Source: Nitrospirota bacterium (lineage in GTDB: Bacteria; Nitrospirota; Nitrospiria; 2-01-FULL-66-17). Taken from it: a stretch of DNA of 64,000 bases. Below, piece after piece: positions 1-9,153 of the stretch (its first letter is position 1; every line of letters begins with the position of its first letter). The position numbers and the translations under genes were made by a program. Location of the stretch: the NCBI GenBank assembly GCA_049325335.1, contig JBMOMC010000002.1, positions 256,001 through 320,000 on the forward strand, written 5' to 3'. The notes below the pieces were generated by a model that had not been told where the DNA came from, did not search any database, and worked only from the letters and a program-made list of their open reading frames with translations.

Positions 1-106
1 GTGGGTCGCAAGGCGCCGCGAGCACCGGAGCGGAGCGTACTGTGTGCATACGTGAGCACCGGATGCGCAGCGGCAACGCCGCAGATGGCCGTTCATGGAC
101 GGGCTC
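1..106 (-). repeat. 126-bp palindromic interspersed element, copy 1 (truncated by window start, inverted orientation)
   Basis: Reverse complement gagcccgtccatgaacggccatctgcggcgttgccgctgcgcatccggtgctcacgta...gtacgctccgctccggtgctcgcggcgccttg aligns closely with 9694-9791 and with 6767-6864. Confidence 0.85.
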
Positions 107-115
107 TGACGAACG

Positions 116-934
116 ATGAAGAAACTTGGACTGATTGCCGGCAACGGCCGCTTCCCCGTGCTGTTCGCGGACGCCGCCAAGGAGGCGGGGTTCGCGGTCA
201 CGGCCGTGGCGCACCGCGGGGAGACGCCTGATGCGCTCGATCAGCACGTGGACGACGTGCGATGGATCAAGGTCGGGCAACTCGGCCACTTGATCGATCA
301 CTTCAAGTCCGCCGGGGTGGATACGGTGGTGATGGCGGGCGGCATTCAGAAGACTCGGATGTTCACCGAATACCGTCCGGATTGGCGCGCGGTGAAGGTG
401 CTCGCGCGGGTGCGGCACTTCAAGGATGACGTGCTGCTGCGGGCGTTGGCCGATGAGCTGGAATCCGAAGGCATCACGGTGGGTGATGCCGCGCGGTACC
501 TGCCCAGTTTGATCGCGGAGCCCGGGGTGTTGACCGCGAATCCCTCGAAGGAACAGTGGGAGGACATCCGGTTCGGCGTGGAGATGGTCCGCGCCATCGG
601 CCGCATCGAAATCGGACAGTGCGTGGTGGTGAAAAACCGCACCGTGTTGGCGGTGGAGGCGATCGAGGGTACGGACGAAGCGATTCGCCGCGGCGGCCGG
701 TTGGCGAACGGCGGCGCGGTGGTGGTCAAGATGGCCAAGCCCCAGCAGGACCTGCGGTTCGACATCCCGGCGGTGGGACCGACCACGATCGCGTCGATGC
801 GCGAGGTCGGCGCCGCGGTGCTCGCGGTGGAGGCCGGCAAAACGCTGATGCTGGACAAGGCCGACCTGCTGGCCGCGGCGCGGGACGCGAAAATCGCGGT
901 GGTCGGAATCACGGGGGATGAACGCCATGGGTAA
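116..934 (+). CDS. lpxI: UDP-2,3-diacylglucosamine diphosphatase LpxI
   Basis: LIAGNGRFP N-terminus, IGQCVVV..AVEAIEGTD, QDLRFDIPAVGP motifs; lies upstream of lpxB. Confidence 0.92.
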   Translation: MKKLGLIAGNGRFPVLFADAAKEAGFAVTAVAHRGETPDALDQHVDDVRWIKVGQLGHLIDHFKSAGVDTVVMAGGIQKTRMFTEYRPDWRAVKVLARVRHFKDDVLLRALADELESEGITVGDAARYLPSLIAEPGVLTANPSKEQWEDIRFGVEMVRAIGRIEIGQCVVVKNRTVLAVEAIEGTDEAIRRGGRLANGGAVVVKMAKPQQDLRFDIPAVGPTTIASMREVGAAVLAVEAGKTLMLDKADLLAAARDAKIAVVGITGDERHG

Positions 935-1868
935 GCGGATCAAGGTCGGCGTGATCGGGGTGGGGTATCTGGGCCGCCACCACGCCCGGTTGTACGCGGA
1001 GTTGCCCGGCGCGGAATTGATCGGGGTGGCGGATACCGACGCGGCGCGCGCGGCCGAGATCGCGGCCGCGTCCGGCGCCCGCGCGTTCACGGATTACCGC
1101 GAGTTGCTCCCGCTGGTGGAGGCCGTGAGCGTGGTGGTGCCCACAAGCCTGCACTACGCGGTGACCGCGGACTGTCTGGCCGCGGGGCTGGACGTGTTGC
1201 TGGAAAAACCTATGACCGTGACGCTCGACGAAGCCGACCGGTTGATCGCGCTCGCGGATTCCGGACAACGGCTGATCCAGATCGGCCACCTCGAGCGGTT
1301 CAACGGCGCGGTGCGCGCGGTCGGGTCGCGGTTGGTCTCGCCGCGGTTCATCGAGTCGCACCGGTTGGGGCCATTCGTAGGCCGGGGCACGGACGTGCAT
1401 GTGATCCTCGATTTGATGATCCACGATCTGGATATTATTTTGAGCCTGGTCCGGTCGCCGATCGCGGAGATCCGGGCCGTGGGCGTGCCGGTGCTCACGT
1501 CCAACATCGACATCGCGAACTGCCGGTTAGAGTTCGTGGACGGGTGCGTGGCCAACGTGACGGCGAGCCGGGTGTCGAAAGAGGCGATGCGCAAACTCCG
1601 GATCTTCCAGCCCGACGCGTATTTCTCGCTCGATTACCAGAAACAGGAGGTGGTAATGGCGCGGCGGCTGGACGGGCCCTCGGCGTCCGGGTTGCCGGGT
1701 ATCGACGTGCAAACCTTGGCGATCGAAAAAGAAGAGCCGCTCAAGGCGCAACTCGCCGCGTTCCTCGAGTGCATCGCCACCAGGCGGGCGCCGTTGGTGT
1801 CCGGGCGCGAAGGGCGCGAAGCCCTGCGCGTGGCGCTGGACGTGCTCAAATGTATCGAAGGTCGCTAA
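918..1868 (+). CDS. gnnA: Gfo/Idh/MocA oxidoreductase, probable UDP-GlcNAc 3-dehydrogenase (GnnA-like)
   Basis: GVIGVGYLG Rossmann motif, EKP, GHLERFN, DLMIHDLD; located between lpxI and lpxB. The symbol rests on gene context. Confidence 0.7.
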   Translation: MNAMGKRIKVGVIGVGYLGRHHARLYAELPGAELIGVADTDAARAAEIAAASGARAFTDYRELLPLVEAVSVVVPTSLHYAVTADCLAAGLDVLLEKPMTVTLDEADRLIALADSGQRLIQIGHLERFNGAVRAVGSRLVSPRFIESHRLGPFVGRGTDVHVILDLMIHDLDIILSLVRSPIAEIRAVGVPVLTSNIDIANCRLEFVDGCVANVTASRVSKEAMRKLRIFQPDAYFSLDYQKQEVVMARRLDGPSASGLPGIDVQTLAIEKEEPLKAQLAAFLECIATRRAPLVSGREGREALRVALDVLKCIEGR

Positions 1869-1931
1869 CCGGTCCGCCGGTCGGCCAGTTCGTCGCGATT
1901 GCTCATGGCCGGCGCATCCGCTAAGGAGTCG

Positions 1932-3086
1932 ATGTCGCGTCTTTTCATCATCGCCGGGGAAGCCTCCGGAGACGGGCATGGTGGGAAATTGGCCGAGGCT
2001 CTGCTGGCCCGCGATTCGACGCTGGTGTTGGAGGGTATCGGCGGCGCGGCGATGGAGAAGGCCGGCGTGCGGTTGTCGCACGACATTCGCCATCTCGGGG
2101 TGGTGGGCGTGATCGAGGTGTTGTCGCAGTGGCGCGCGATTTGGCGCGCGTACGACGGCGTGCGCCGCCGCCTGCGCGAGTCGCCGCCCGCCGCGATCGT
2201 CCTTATCGACTATCCCGACTTCAATCTGCGGGTCGCGCGCGAAGCCGCCCGCCTCGGCATCCCCGTGGTGTATTACGTCAGTCCGCAGATCTGGGCGTGG
2301 CGTCCGGGGCGGATCGCGCACATCAAGGCGTGCGTGGACCTGATGTTGGTGTTGTTTCGTTTCGAGGAGGAGTTGTACCGGCGCGCGGGCGTGCCGTGCC
2401 GCTGGGTCGGGCACCCCTTGCTCGACGATCCGTCGCCGGAGGCTGACCACGCGGCCTTCGCGCGGCGGCACCGCATTGCGGACGGCCGGCGTGTGTTGGC
2501 CGTGTTGCCGGGCAGTCGCAAGCAGGAAGTGGCGATGTTGTTGCCCGTGATGCTGGACGCCGCGCGGCGTGTATGCGCGTCCGGGGCGGCTGATCGCGTG
2601 TTGATCGCGGCCGCGCCATCGGTGGACGCGCGGGCGATCGACGACGCGGTCTCCCGCATGGGCGATGCGGCGTCGGCGGTGACCGTGGTGCGGGGCGAGG
2701 CCGCGTCCGTGTTGCGGGCCTCGCGCGCGGCGTTGGTCGCGTCGGGGACCGCGACGTTGCAGGCGGCCGTGGTCGGCACGCCGTTGGTGATGGCCTACCG
2801 CGTCTCCCCGCTCACCGCGTGGATCGGTCGCCGCCTGATCAGCACGCCCCATCTGGCGTTGGTCAACGTGGTGGCGGGGCGCCGGGTGGTGACGGAACTG
2901 GTGCAGGAGCAGGCGACGGCCGAAGTGCTCGCGGCCGCGATCGCGCCGCTGTTGGCCGATGATCGCGCGAACGAGGCGATGCGCCGGGAGTTGGCCGCGG
3001 TACGCGCCGCGTTGGGAGAGCCCGGGGCCTCGGGTCGCGCGGCCGATGCGGTGCTGGCCCTGTTGGCCGGGAGGCGCGCGGTATGA
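1932..3086 (+). CDS. lpxB: Lipid-A-disaccharide synthase
   Basis: IAGEASGD, IDYPDFN, YYVSPQIWAWR, VGHPL, LPGSR, SGTATL; ATG 1932 preceded by SD aaggag. Confidence 0.95.
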   Translation: MSRLFIIAGEASGDGHGGKLAEALLARDSTLVLEGIGGAAMEKAGVRLSHDIRHLGVVGVIEVLSQWRAIWRAYDGVRRRLRESPPAAIVLIDYPDFNLRVAREAARLGIPVVYYVSPQIWAWRPGRIAHIKACVDLMLVLFRFEEELYRRAGVPCRWVGHPLLDDPSPEADHAAFARRHRIADGRRVLAVLPGSRKQEVAMLLPVMLDAARRVCASGAADRVLIAAAPSVDARAIDDAVSRMGDAASAVTVVRGEAASVLRASRAALVASGTATLQAAVVGTPLVMAYRVSPLTAWIGRRLISTPHLALVNVVAGRRVVTELVQEQATAEVLAAAIAPLLADDRANEAMRRELAAVRAALGEPGASGRAADAVLALLAGRRAV

Positions 3087-4846
3087 ACAAGCCGACGGGG
3101 GCGGGGAGCGTGTACGCGCGGGTGTGGCGGCTCATCGCGCCGCAGTGGCGCCGCGTGGCGGTCGCCGGGCTGTGCGCCGCGGGCGTGTCCGGGCTGACCG
3201 CGGCGAACCTCTGGTTGGTCCAGAAGGTGTTGGACCGGATCTTTATCGATAAACTGAGCGACTGGCTCCTCCCGTTGGCGATCGCCATCCCCGTGATCGC
3301 GCTGACCAAACGAGTGCTCCAGTTGGGGTACGTCTATCTGATGGGCTACACCGCCAACCGCGTGGTCGCGGATATTCGCGACGCGTTGTACCGGCACATC
3401 CTCAAATTGTCCATGGGGTTTCACGGCGCACGGTCCACCGGCGCGTTGATGTCGAACGTGACCAGCGACGTGGGACAGATGCAGCGGGCGGTGAGCGTGG
3501 TCAAAGAGCTCATTCAACAACCGCTCACCTTGGCGGCGATGATCGGCTTCATCGTGTACCAGAACTGGCGGTTGGCGCTGATGGCGCTCATCGTCCTGCC
3601 AGTCGGGTATTACCCCTTGCTCCGATTGGGACGGCGGCTCAAGCGGTTGGCGCACGACGGCCAAACCCGCATGGCCGAACTGTCGGCCATGCTCCAGGAG
3701 ACGTTCGCGGGGATTTCGGTGGTCAAGGGATTCGGCCGCGAGGAATTCGAGGCCGAACGTGTGCGACGGATCAACCAGCGCTACTTTCAGAACGCGATGA
3801 AGGTGACGATCGTGTCGGAATTTTCCCCCGCGCTCATGGAGGTGCTGGGCGCGGTGGGCGCGGGCGCGGTGGTGGCCTACGGCGGGTACGCGGTCATCTC
3901 CGGCGCCATGACCACCGGGGCGTTTTTCTCGTTTCTGGGCGCGTGTTGGCTGACGTACGCGCCGGTGCGGGCGCTGTCGGCCGCGAACAACGCGCTCCTG
4001 ACGGCCGCGGCCTCGGCCGAGCGCATTTTCGCCCTGTTGGACTTGGAGACCGAAGAGCGGCGGGACCGGGGCACGCGCGAGTTTGACGCGGTGCGCGATC
4101 GCGTCGAGTATCGCGGTGTGGGATTTACCTACGACGGCGCCGAACGCCCGGCGCTCACCGACGTGACGTTGACGGCGCGGGCCGGCGACGTGATCGCGAT
4201 CGTGGGGGCGAGCGGCGCGGGCAAAACGACCTTGATCAATCTCTTGCCGCGGTTCATCGAACCGACCCAGGGCGCGATCGTGATCGACGGAGTGGACGCG
4301 CGTGACATTCGGCTGGCGTCCTTGCGCGCCCGCATCGGCATCGTGAGTCAGGACGTGATTTTGTTCGACGACACGGTCCGCAACAATATCGCGTACGGGA
4401 TGAGCGAGATTGATGACGCGGCGGTGCGCCGCGCCGCAGAGGCCGCGTTCGCGCACGGGTTCATTCAGCGTCTGCCGGCGGGCTACGACACGGTGATCGG
4501 GGAGCGCGGCGTTACGTTGTCGGGCGGCGAACGCCAACGCCTCGCGATCGCGCGCGCGCTTCTTAAAGACCCGCCGATCCTGATTCTGGATGAAGCGACG
4601 TCGGCGCTCGATTCCGAGTCCGAAGCCGCGGTTCAGCAGGCCTTGGCGAATTTGATGGCGCATCGCACCACGTTCGTGATCGCGCACCGGCTCTCCACGG
4701 TGCAGCGCGCCACACGGATCATCGTGCTGGACGGCGGGCGCGTCGTGGAAGCGGGCACGCACGAGAGCTTGTTGGCCAACCAAGGCGCGTACGCCAGGCT
4801 GCACCGGATGCACTTCGACGCGGAGGCCGGGTATGTCGGCTCGTGA
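3083..4846 (+). CDS. msbA: Lipid A export ABC transporter permease/ATPase
   Basis: N-terminal TM domain plus Walker A GASGAGKT, signature LSGGERQR, Walker B ILILDEATS; lpx context. Confidence 0.88.
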   Translation: MNKPTGAGSVYARVWRLIAPQWRRVAVAGLCAAGVSGLTAANLWLVQKVLDRIFIDKLSDWLLPLAIAIPVIALTKRVLQLGYVYLMGYTANRVVADIRDALYRHILKLSMGFHGARSTGALMSNVTSDVGQMQRAVSVVKELIQQPLTLAAMIGFIVYQNWRLALMALIVLPVGYYPLLRLGRRLKRLAHDGQTRMAELSAMLQETFAGISVVKGFGREEFEAERVRRINQRYFQNAMKVTIVSEFSPALMEVLGAVGAGAVVAYGGYAVISGAMTTGAFFSFLGACWLTYAPVRALSAANNALLTAAASAERIFALLDLETEERRDRGTREFDAVRDRVEYRGVGFTYDGAERPALTDVTLTARAGDVIAIVGASGAGKTTLINLLPRFIEPTQGAIVIDGVDARDIRLASLRARIGIVSQDVILFDDTVRNNIAYGMSEIDDAAVRRAAEAAFAHGFIQRLPAGYDTVIGERGVTLSGGERQRLAIARALLKDPPILILDEATSALDSESEAAVQQALANLMAHRTTFVIAHRLSTVQRATRIIVLDGGRVVEAGTHESLLANQGAYARLHRMHFDAEAGYVGS

Positions 4847-5485
4847 GCCGGTGTGGCGGCGTCTGGCGCCGCCGCTAGCCGCGGGGCTGATCCGCGCCGT
4901 CGGCCGGACCATGCGCATCGACACGGTGCATGAAGACGCCGTCGCGCGGCGGTGGCTCGCGGGCGAGGGCATCATCTTGGCGTTCTGGCACGGGCGGCAG
5001 TTCCTGCTGCCGCTCTCGTACCACGGGCCGGGACTCGATATTTTGATCAGTCGCCATCGCGACGGCGAGTTGATCAGCCGGACCATGGAATCGTTTGGGC
5101 TTTCGTCGGTCCGAGGGTCCACGACGCGCGGCGGCGCCGTCGCGTTGCGGAGCCTCATCCGGAAGGGCCGCGCGGGCCGCGATCTCGCGGTGACCCCGGA
5201 CGGCCCGAAAGGGCCGCGGCGGATCGCGCAACCCGGCGTGATCGCCTTGGCCAAGGCGACCGGCTTGCCGATTTTTCCCTTGACCTTCGGGGCCTCAAAA
5301 AAAAAACGCTCGACACCTGGGACGGGTTCGTGGTGCCGTACCCCTTCTCGCGCGGGGTGTTCATCTGGGGAGAGCCGATATGGGTCCCTCGCGAGGCGGA
5401 CGCCGCGGAATGTGAGGCGCGACGCGCGGAGTTGGAACGCGCGTTGAACGACATCACCGATCGCGCCGACCACTGGTGGGACTGA
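4833..5485 (+). CDS. Lysophospholipid acyltransferase family (DUF374 / LpxJ-type secondary lipid A acyltransferase), split by a -1 frame change at an A10 tract (5297-5306)
   Basis: The first frame gives FWHGR, LISRHRDGE, RGSTTRGG, TPDGPKGP. The family C-terminus (TWDGFVVPYPFSRG..WGEPI) continues in the -1 frame after A10 and ends at 5485, overlapping the waaA start. Confidence 0.8.
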
Positions 5486-6780
5486 TCCGTCCGTTGTATA
5501 CCGCGGCGTTGGCCGCGGGGTTAACGCTCACGGCGCCGGCGTACGCGGTACGCGCCGCGCGTCGCGGTTCCGGGATGGCGTTGGCGGAACGGCTGGGCCG
5601 CGTCCCTCCGGCGGCCGCGGCGCTGGGCGGTCGTCGGCCGCTGTGGGTCCACGCGGTGTCGGTGGGCGAGGTGATGGCCGCGGCGCCGTTGCTGCGCGCG
5701 ATCAAATCGCGGTATCCGACCATCAGCCTCTTGGTCAGCACGGTGACCGCAACCGGGCGGCAAACCGTGATGGAGCGGGTGCCCCAGGCCGACGCGACCG
5801 CGTATTTCCCGCTGGACCTTCCCCCCGCGGTTCATCGGGTGCTCAACGCGGTGCAGCCCGGCCTCTTCCTGTCGGTGGAGACCGAGTTATGGCCCAATTT
5901 TCTCTTCGCGTTGGCGCGGCGCGGCGTGCCCGCGTTTCTGGTCAACGCCCGGCTGACCGAACGATCCGCGCGGCGCTACGGCTGGGCGCGACCGTTATTC
6001 GGACCGGCCTTGGCTGGAGTCATGGGGATCGCCGCGCAAACGGTCGCGGACGCCAAACGTTTTGCATCGATCGGCGCGGATCCCAATCGCGTGTTAATCA
6101 CGGGCAACCTCAAATTCGATCACGAAGGGCCGGAGCCCGAGGCCGCGACCCCGCGCGAGGAACTGGGCCTGGCGCCGGGGGATCGGTTGTGGGTGGCCGG
6201 CAGCACGCACCCCGGAGAAGAGGCGGTCGTGCTCGACGCGTATCGCCGCGTGCGCGCCGGGGAGCCGCGACTGGTGTTGCTGCTCGCGCCGCGGCACTTG
6301 GACCGTCTGGGCCAGGTCGAGACCGCGGTGCGGCAGTCGGGATGCGAGCCGATCCGTCGATCGGTCGCGCGCGACGCGGCGCGCCCCGGCGTCGGACCAC
6401 GGGTCATCGTGCTCGATACGCTGGGAGAATTGGCCGGGTTGTACGCCGAGGCCGAGGCGGCCTTCGTGGGCGGCACCCTTGTGCCGATCGGCGGACACAA
6501 TTTGCTGGAGCCGGCGGCTCGCGGGAAGCCCGTCCTGTTTGGTCCGCACACGCACAAGTGCGAAGAAATTGCGCGGGCCCTGCTCGACGCGGGCGGCGGC
6601 GTTCGCGTGGAATCGGGCGACGCGCTGGCGCAGGAACTGATGCGCCTGCTCGCTGACGAGGCCCTGCGCGCGCGAATGGGCGAGAACGGACGGGAGATGG
6701 TGCTGCGCAATCGCGGCGCGGTGGATCGGACGGTGGCCATGTTGGATCCCTGGCTCTCCGAACTGGGAGTCTGTCCATAA
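5476..6780 (+). CDS. waaA: 3-deoxy-D-manno-octulosonic acid (Kdo) transferase
   Basis: WVHAVSVGE, ETELWPN, GNLKFD, AGSTHPGE, GGHNLLEPA. Confidence 0.95.
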   Translation: MGLIRPLYTAALAAGLTLTAPAYAVRAARRGSGMALAERLGRVPPAAAALGGRRPLWVHAVSVGEVMAAAPLLRAIKSRYPTISLLVSTVTATGRQTVMERVPQADATAYFPLDLPPAVHRVLNAVQPGLFLSVETELWPNFLFALARRGVPAFLVNARLTERSARRYGWARPLFGPALAGVMGIAAQTVADAKRFASIGADPNRVLITGNLKFDHEGPEPEAATPREELGLAPGDRLWVAGSTHPGEEAVVLDAYRRVRAGEPRLVLLLAPRHLDRLGQVETAVRQSGCEPIRRSVARDAARPGVGPRVIVLDTLGELAGLYAEAEAAFVGGTLVPIGGHNLLEPAARGKPVLFGPHTHKCEEIARALLDAGGGVRVESGDALAQELMRLLADEALRARMGENGREMVLRNRGAVDRTVAMLDPWLSELGVCP

Positions 6781-6891
6781 GGGGCCATCTGCGGCGTTGT
6801 CGCTGCGCGTCCGCTCCTCACGTACGACCCAGTACGCTGCGGTGCGGGCGCTCGCTCCGCCTTGCGAATGGCCCGCTTCTGGACGGACTCC
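6766..6891 (+). repeat. 126-bp palindromic interspersed element, copy 2
   Basis: Ends GGAGTCTGTCCA / TGGACGGACTCC are inverted; internal GGGCCAT/ATGGCCC and CGTAC/GTACG; same length as the copy at 9693-9818. Confidence 0.85.
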
Positions 6892-6896
6892 GCTAT

Positions 6897-6961
6897 CGCG
6901 GGAATGACGAACAGAGGGCGTCTCTGCAGTTGTCGTCATTCCCGCGGAGGCGGGAATCCAG
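6897..6961. repeat. REP-like palindrome (GTCATTCCCGCGGAGGCGGGAATCCAG type) with an inverted half copy
   Basis: cgcgggaatgacga (6897-6910) is the exact reverse complement of tcgtcattcccgcg (6933-6946); attcccgc-ggag-gcgggaat hairpin at 6938-6957. Confidence 0.75.
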
Positions 6962-7072
6962 CCGACCCGGCATTTTGTTATGCGCGATTCGAGACGTGTC
7001 AGACCGAAGCTCACGGCGGATAGCGTGCAGAAAAATGGGTCGAGTCCAAAATTCTGCTCTGAGCGAAGCGCC

Positions 7073-8122
7073 GTGAGCTTGGTGTTTATGCCGTTGTCGT
7101 GGGTTTACGGCGGCGCCGTGCGGGCGCGGCGCTGGGGGTACGAGCACGGGTGGTCGCGCGTTCACGCGTTGGGACGTCCGGTCATTTCGGTCGGGAATCT
7201 CTCGGTCGGCGGGACCGGAAAGACCCCGGTAGTTATCGCGATCGGCGCGGCGTTGCTGGCGCGCGGTGTGAGGGTCACGGTCCTGAGCCGAGGCTACCGC
7301 GGGATGTCGGAGCGCGGTGGGGCGTTGGTGTCCGACGGTCGCGGCGGGGTCGCGGTGACGTGGGAACAGGGGGGCGACGAACCCGCGCTCATCGCGCGTC
7401 GGTTGCCCGGCGCGGCGGTCATCGTGGGACGCGATCGCGCGGCGGCGTGGCAGCGGTTCGGTGCCGCGTTGCCGCCGGGGGTGGTGATTCTTGACGACGG
7501 GTTTCAGCACTTGGCGATCGCCCGAGACGAAAACGTGGTGCTCCTGGACGCGACCGAGGATTCCTCGCGCACCGCGCTCTTGCCGCAAGGTCGGCTGCGC
7601 GAACCGTGGTCCGCGCTCTCGCGTGCGACCGCGGTGATGATCACCAGGGTGGACCATGCCGCGCCCGGGGCCGTGGATGCGCTGGAGCGCCGCGTCCGTG
7701 CTGGTCGAATGGATGTTCCCGTGTTTCATGCGCGATTCGAGCCGGTAGGGTTGATCGAGGTTGGAACGGGGTGCGGCCGATCGCTCGACTCGCTTCGCGG
7801 GACCTCGGTGCTGGCGGTCGCGGGGATCGGGCGGTTCGAATCGTTCACCCGGCTGTTGGAACGATGCGGCGCGCGGCTCATCGAAACCGTGCCCTACCCG
7901 GATCATCACCCATACTCCCGCGCGGACGCGGATCGCCTCGTGTCTCGCGCGCAGGCTGCGAACGCCACGATGATCGTGACGACCGAAAAAGACGCGGTGA
8001 AATTGGAACGATTGGTCGCCGCGGACGCCTCACTATGGGCGGTGCGAATCGAAACACGGATCGATCCGCCCGATGCGTGGGATACGATGCTGGATCGGCT
8101 GGCGGCCGGGGCCAAGGCATGA
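7073..8122 (+). CDS. lpxK: Tetraacyldisaccharide 4'-kinase (start uncertain: 6980, 7073 or 7088)
   Basis: SVGNLSVGGTGKTP, SRGY, GDEP, LDDGFQH, TTEKDAVK. Confidence 0.93.
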   Translation: MSLVFMPLSWVYGGAVRARRWGYEHGWSRVHALGRPVISVGNLSVGGTGKTPVVIAIGAALLARGVRVTVLSRGYRGMSERGGALVSDGRGGVAVTWEQGGDEPALIARRLPGAAVIVGRDRAAAWQRFGAALPPGVVILDDGFQHLAIARDENVVLLDATEDSSRTALLPQGRLREPWSALSRATAVMITRVDHAAPGAVDALERRVRAGRMDVPVFHARFEPVGLIEVGTGCGRSLDSLRGTSVLAVAGIGRFESFTRLLERCGARLIETVPYPDHHPYSRADADRLVSRAQAANATMIVTTEKDAVKLERLVAADASLWAVRIETRIDPPDAWDTMLDRLAAGAKA

Positions 8123-9153
8123 GCGCGAAGGTTTCCGCGCCGCGCGCGTTACTGGTGCGCGCGCCGAACTGGATCGGGGACGCGGTAATGGCCACGCCCG
8201 CGCTGGCGGCATTGCGCGCCGGATTGCCAGGCGCGCGGATCACCGTGCTCGCGCGATCCGGGGTGGCGGACGTGCTGAGCGGTCATCCGGCGATCGACGA
8301 TCTGATGGTTGACGAGCATCGCGGCACGCACCGCGGCGTCGGCGGCCGGTGGCGCCTGGCGTCCGCGATCCGCGACCGCGGATTCGACGCCGTGCTTCTG
8401 CTGCCCAATTCGTTCGGGTCGGCGTTGGTGGCGGCGTTGGCCCGCGTGCCCGTGCGCGTGGGGTATCGAACCGACGCGCGGGGGCCGCTGTTGACCGTGG
8501 CTCTCGCGCCTCCCCTCACGTCCATGCCGCACATGACCGTCTACTACCTCGGTCTTGTGGCGCCGTGGGGACTCACGGGCGATCCCCGGGCGGTGTCGTT
8601 GGTCCTCACCGACGCGGAACGCGACGCGGCACAGCGACGGTTGACGGAATGGGGGATCGCTCCTGATGATCGGGTCCTGGGCATCAACCCCGGGGCAGCG
8701 TACGGGTCGGCCAAACGCTGGCCCGCCGACCGATTTGCCGCGGTGGCCGCGCGCGTCGTGAAAGACGGCTCGGCCGTGGTGGTGCTGGGCGGGGCGTCGG
8801 AGCGCGGGTTGGGCGACGTGGTGGTCGCGGGGCTTGGTCCTCGCGCCGTGAACGCGGCGGGCCTGACCACGGTGCGCGAGGCGATGGCGCTGATGACCTG
8901 CTGTCGCCACCTCGTGACCAACGATTCCGGTCCCATGCACCTGGCCGCGGCGCTGGGCGTGCCCGTGACCGCGGTGTTCGGCCCCACCGACCCAGGAGCG
9001 ACACGCCCGGTGGGCGAGCGCGTCACGATTCTCCAACGGCCGGTGGACTGCGCGCCGTGCCGGTACCGCGAGTGCCCGATCGACCATCGGTGCATGACCG
9101 CGGTGGGGGTGGACGAGGTGTACGAGGCGGTGGTTGGGTCCCGTGCGCCGTGA
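8119..9153 (+). CDS. waaF: Lipopolysaccharide heptosyltransferase II (GT9)
   Basis: PNWIGDAVM, NPGAAYGSAKRWP, TNDSGPMH; ATG 8119 overlaps the lpxK stop (ATGA). Confidence 0.88.
   Translation: MSAKVSAPRALLVRAPNWIGDAVMATPALAALRAGLPGARITVLARSGVADVLSGHPAIDDLMVDEHRGTHRGVGGRWRLASAIRDRGFDAVLLLPNSFGSALVAALARVPVRVGYRTDARGPLLTVALAPPLTSMPHMTVYYLGLVAPWGLTGDPRAVSLVLTDAERDAAQRRLTEWGIAPDDRVLGINPGAAYGSAKRWPADRFAAVAARVVKDGSAVVVLGGASERGLGDVVVAGLGPRAVNAAGLTTVREAMALMTCCRHLVTNDSGPMHLAAALGVPVTAVFGPTDPGATRPVGERVTILQRPVDCAPCRYRECPIDHRCMTAVGVDEVYEAVVGSRAP

Noticed and set aside
1..231. 76-aa ORF at the window start
   Set aside because: Read-through of the palindromic repeat overlapping lpxI out of frame
2795..5473. 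892-aa minus-strand ORF and many other long antisense ORFs
   Set aside because: Shadows of GC-rich + strand genes (msbA etc.); Arg/Pro/Ala-rich with no motifs
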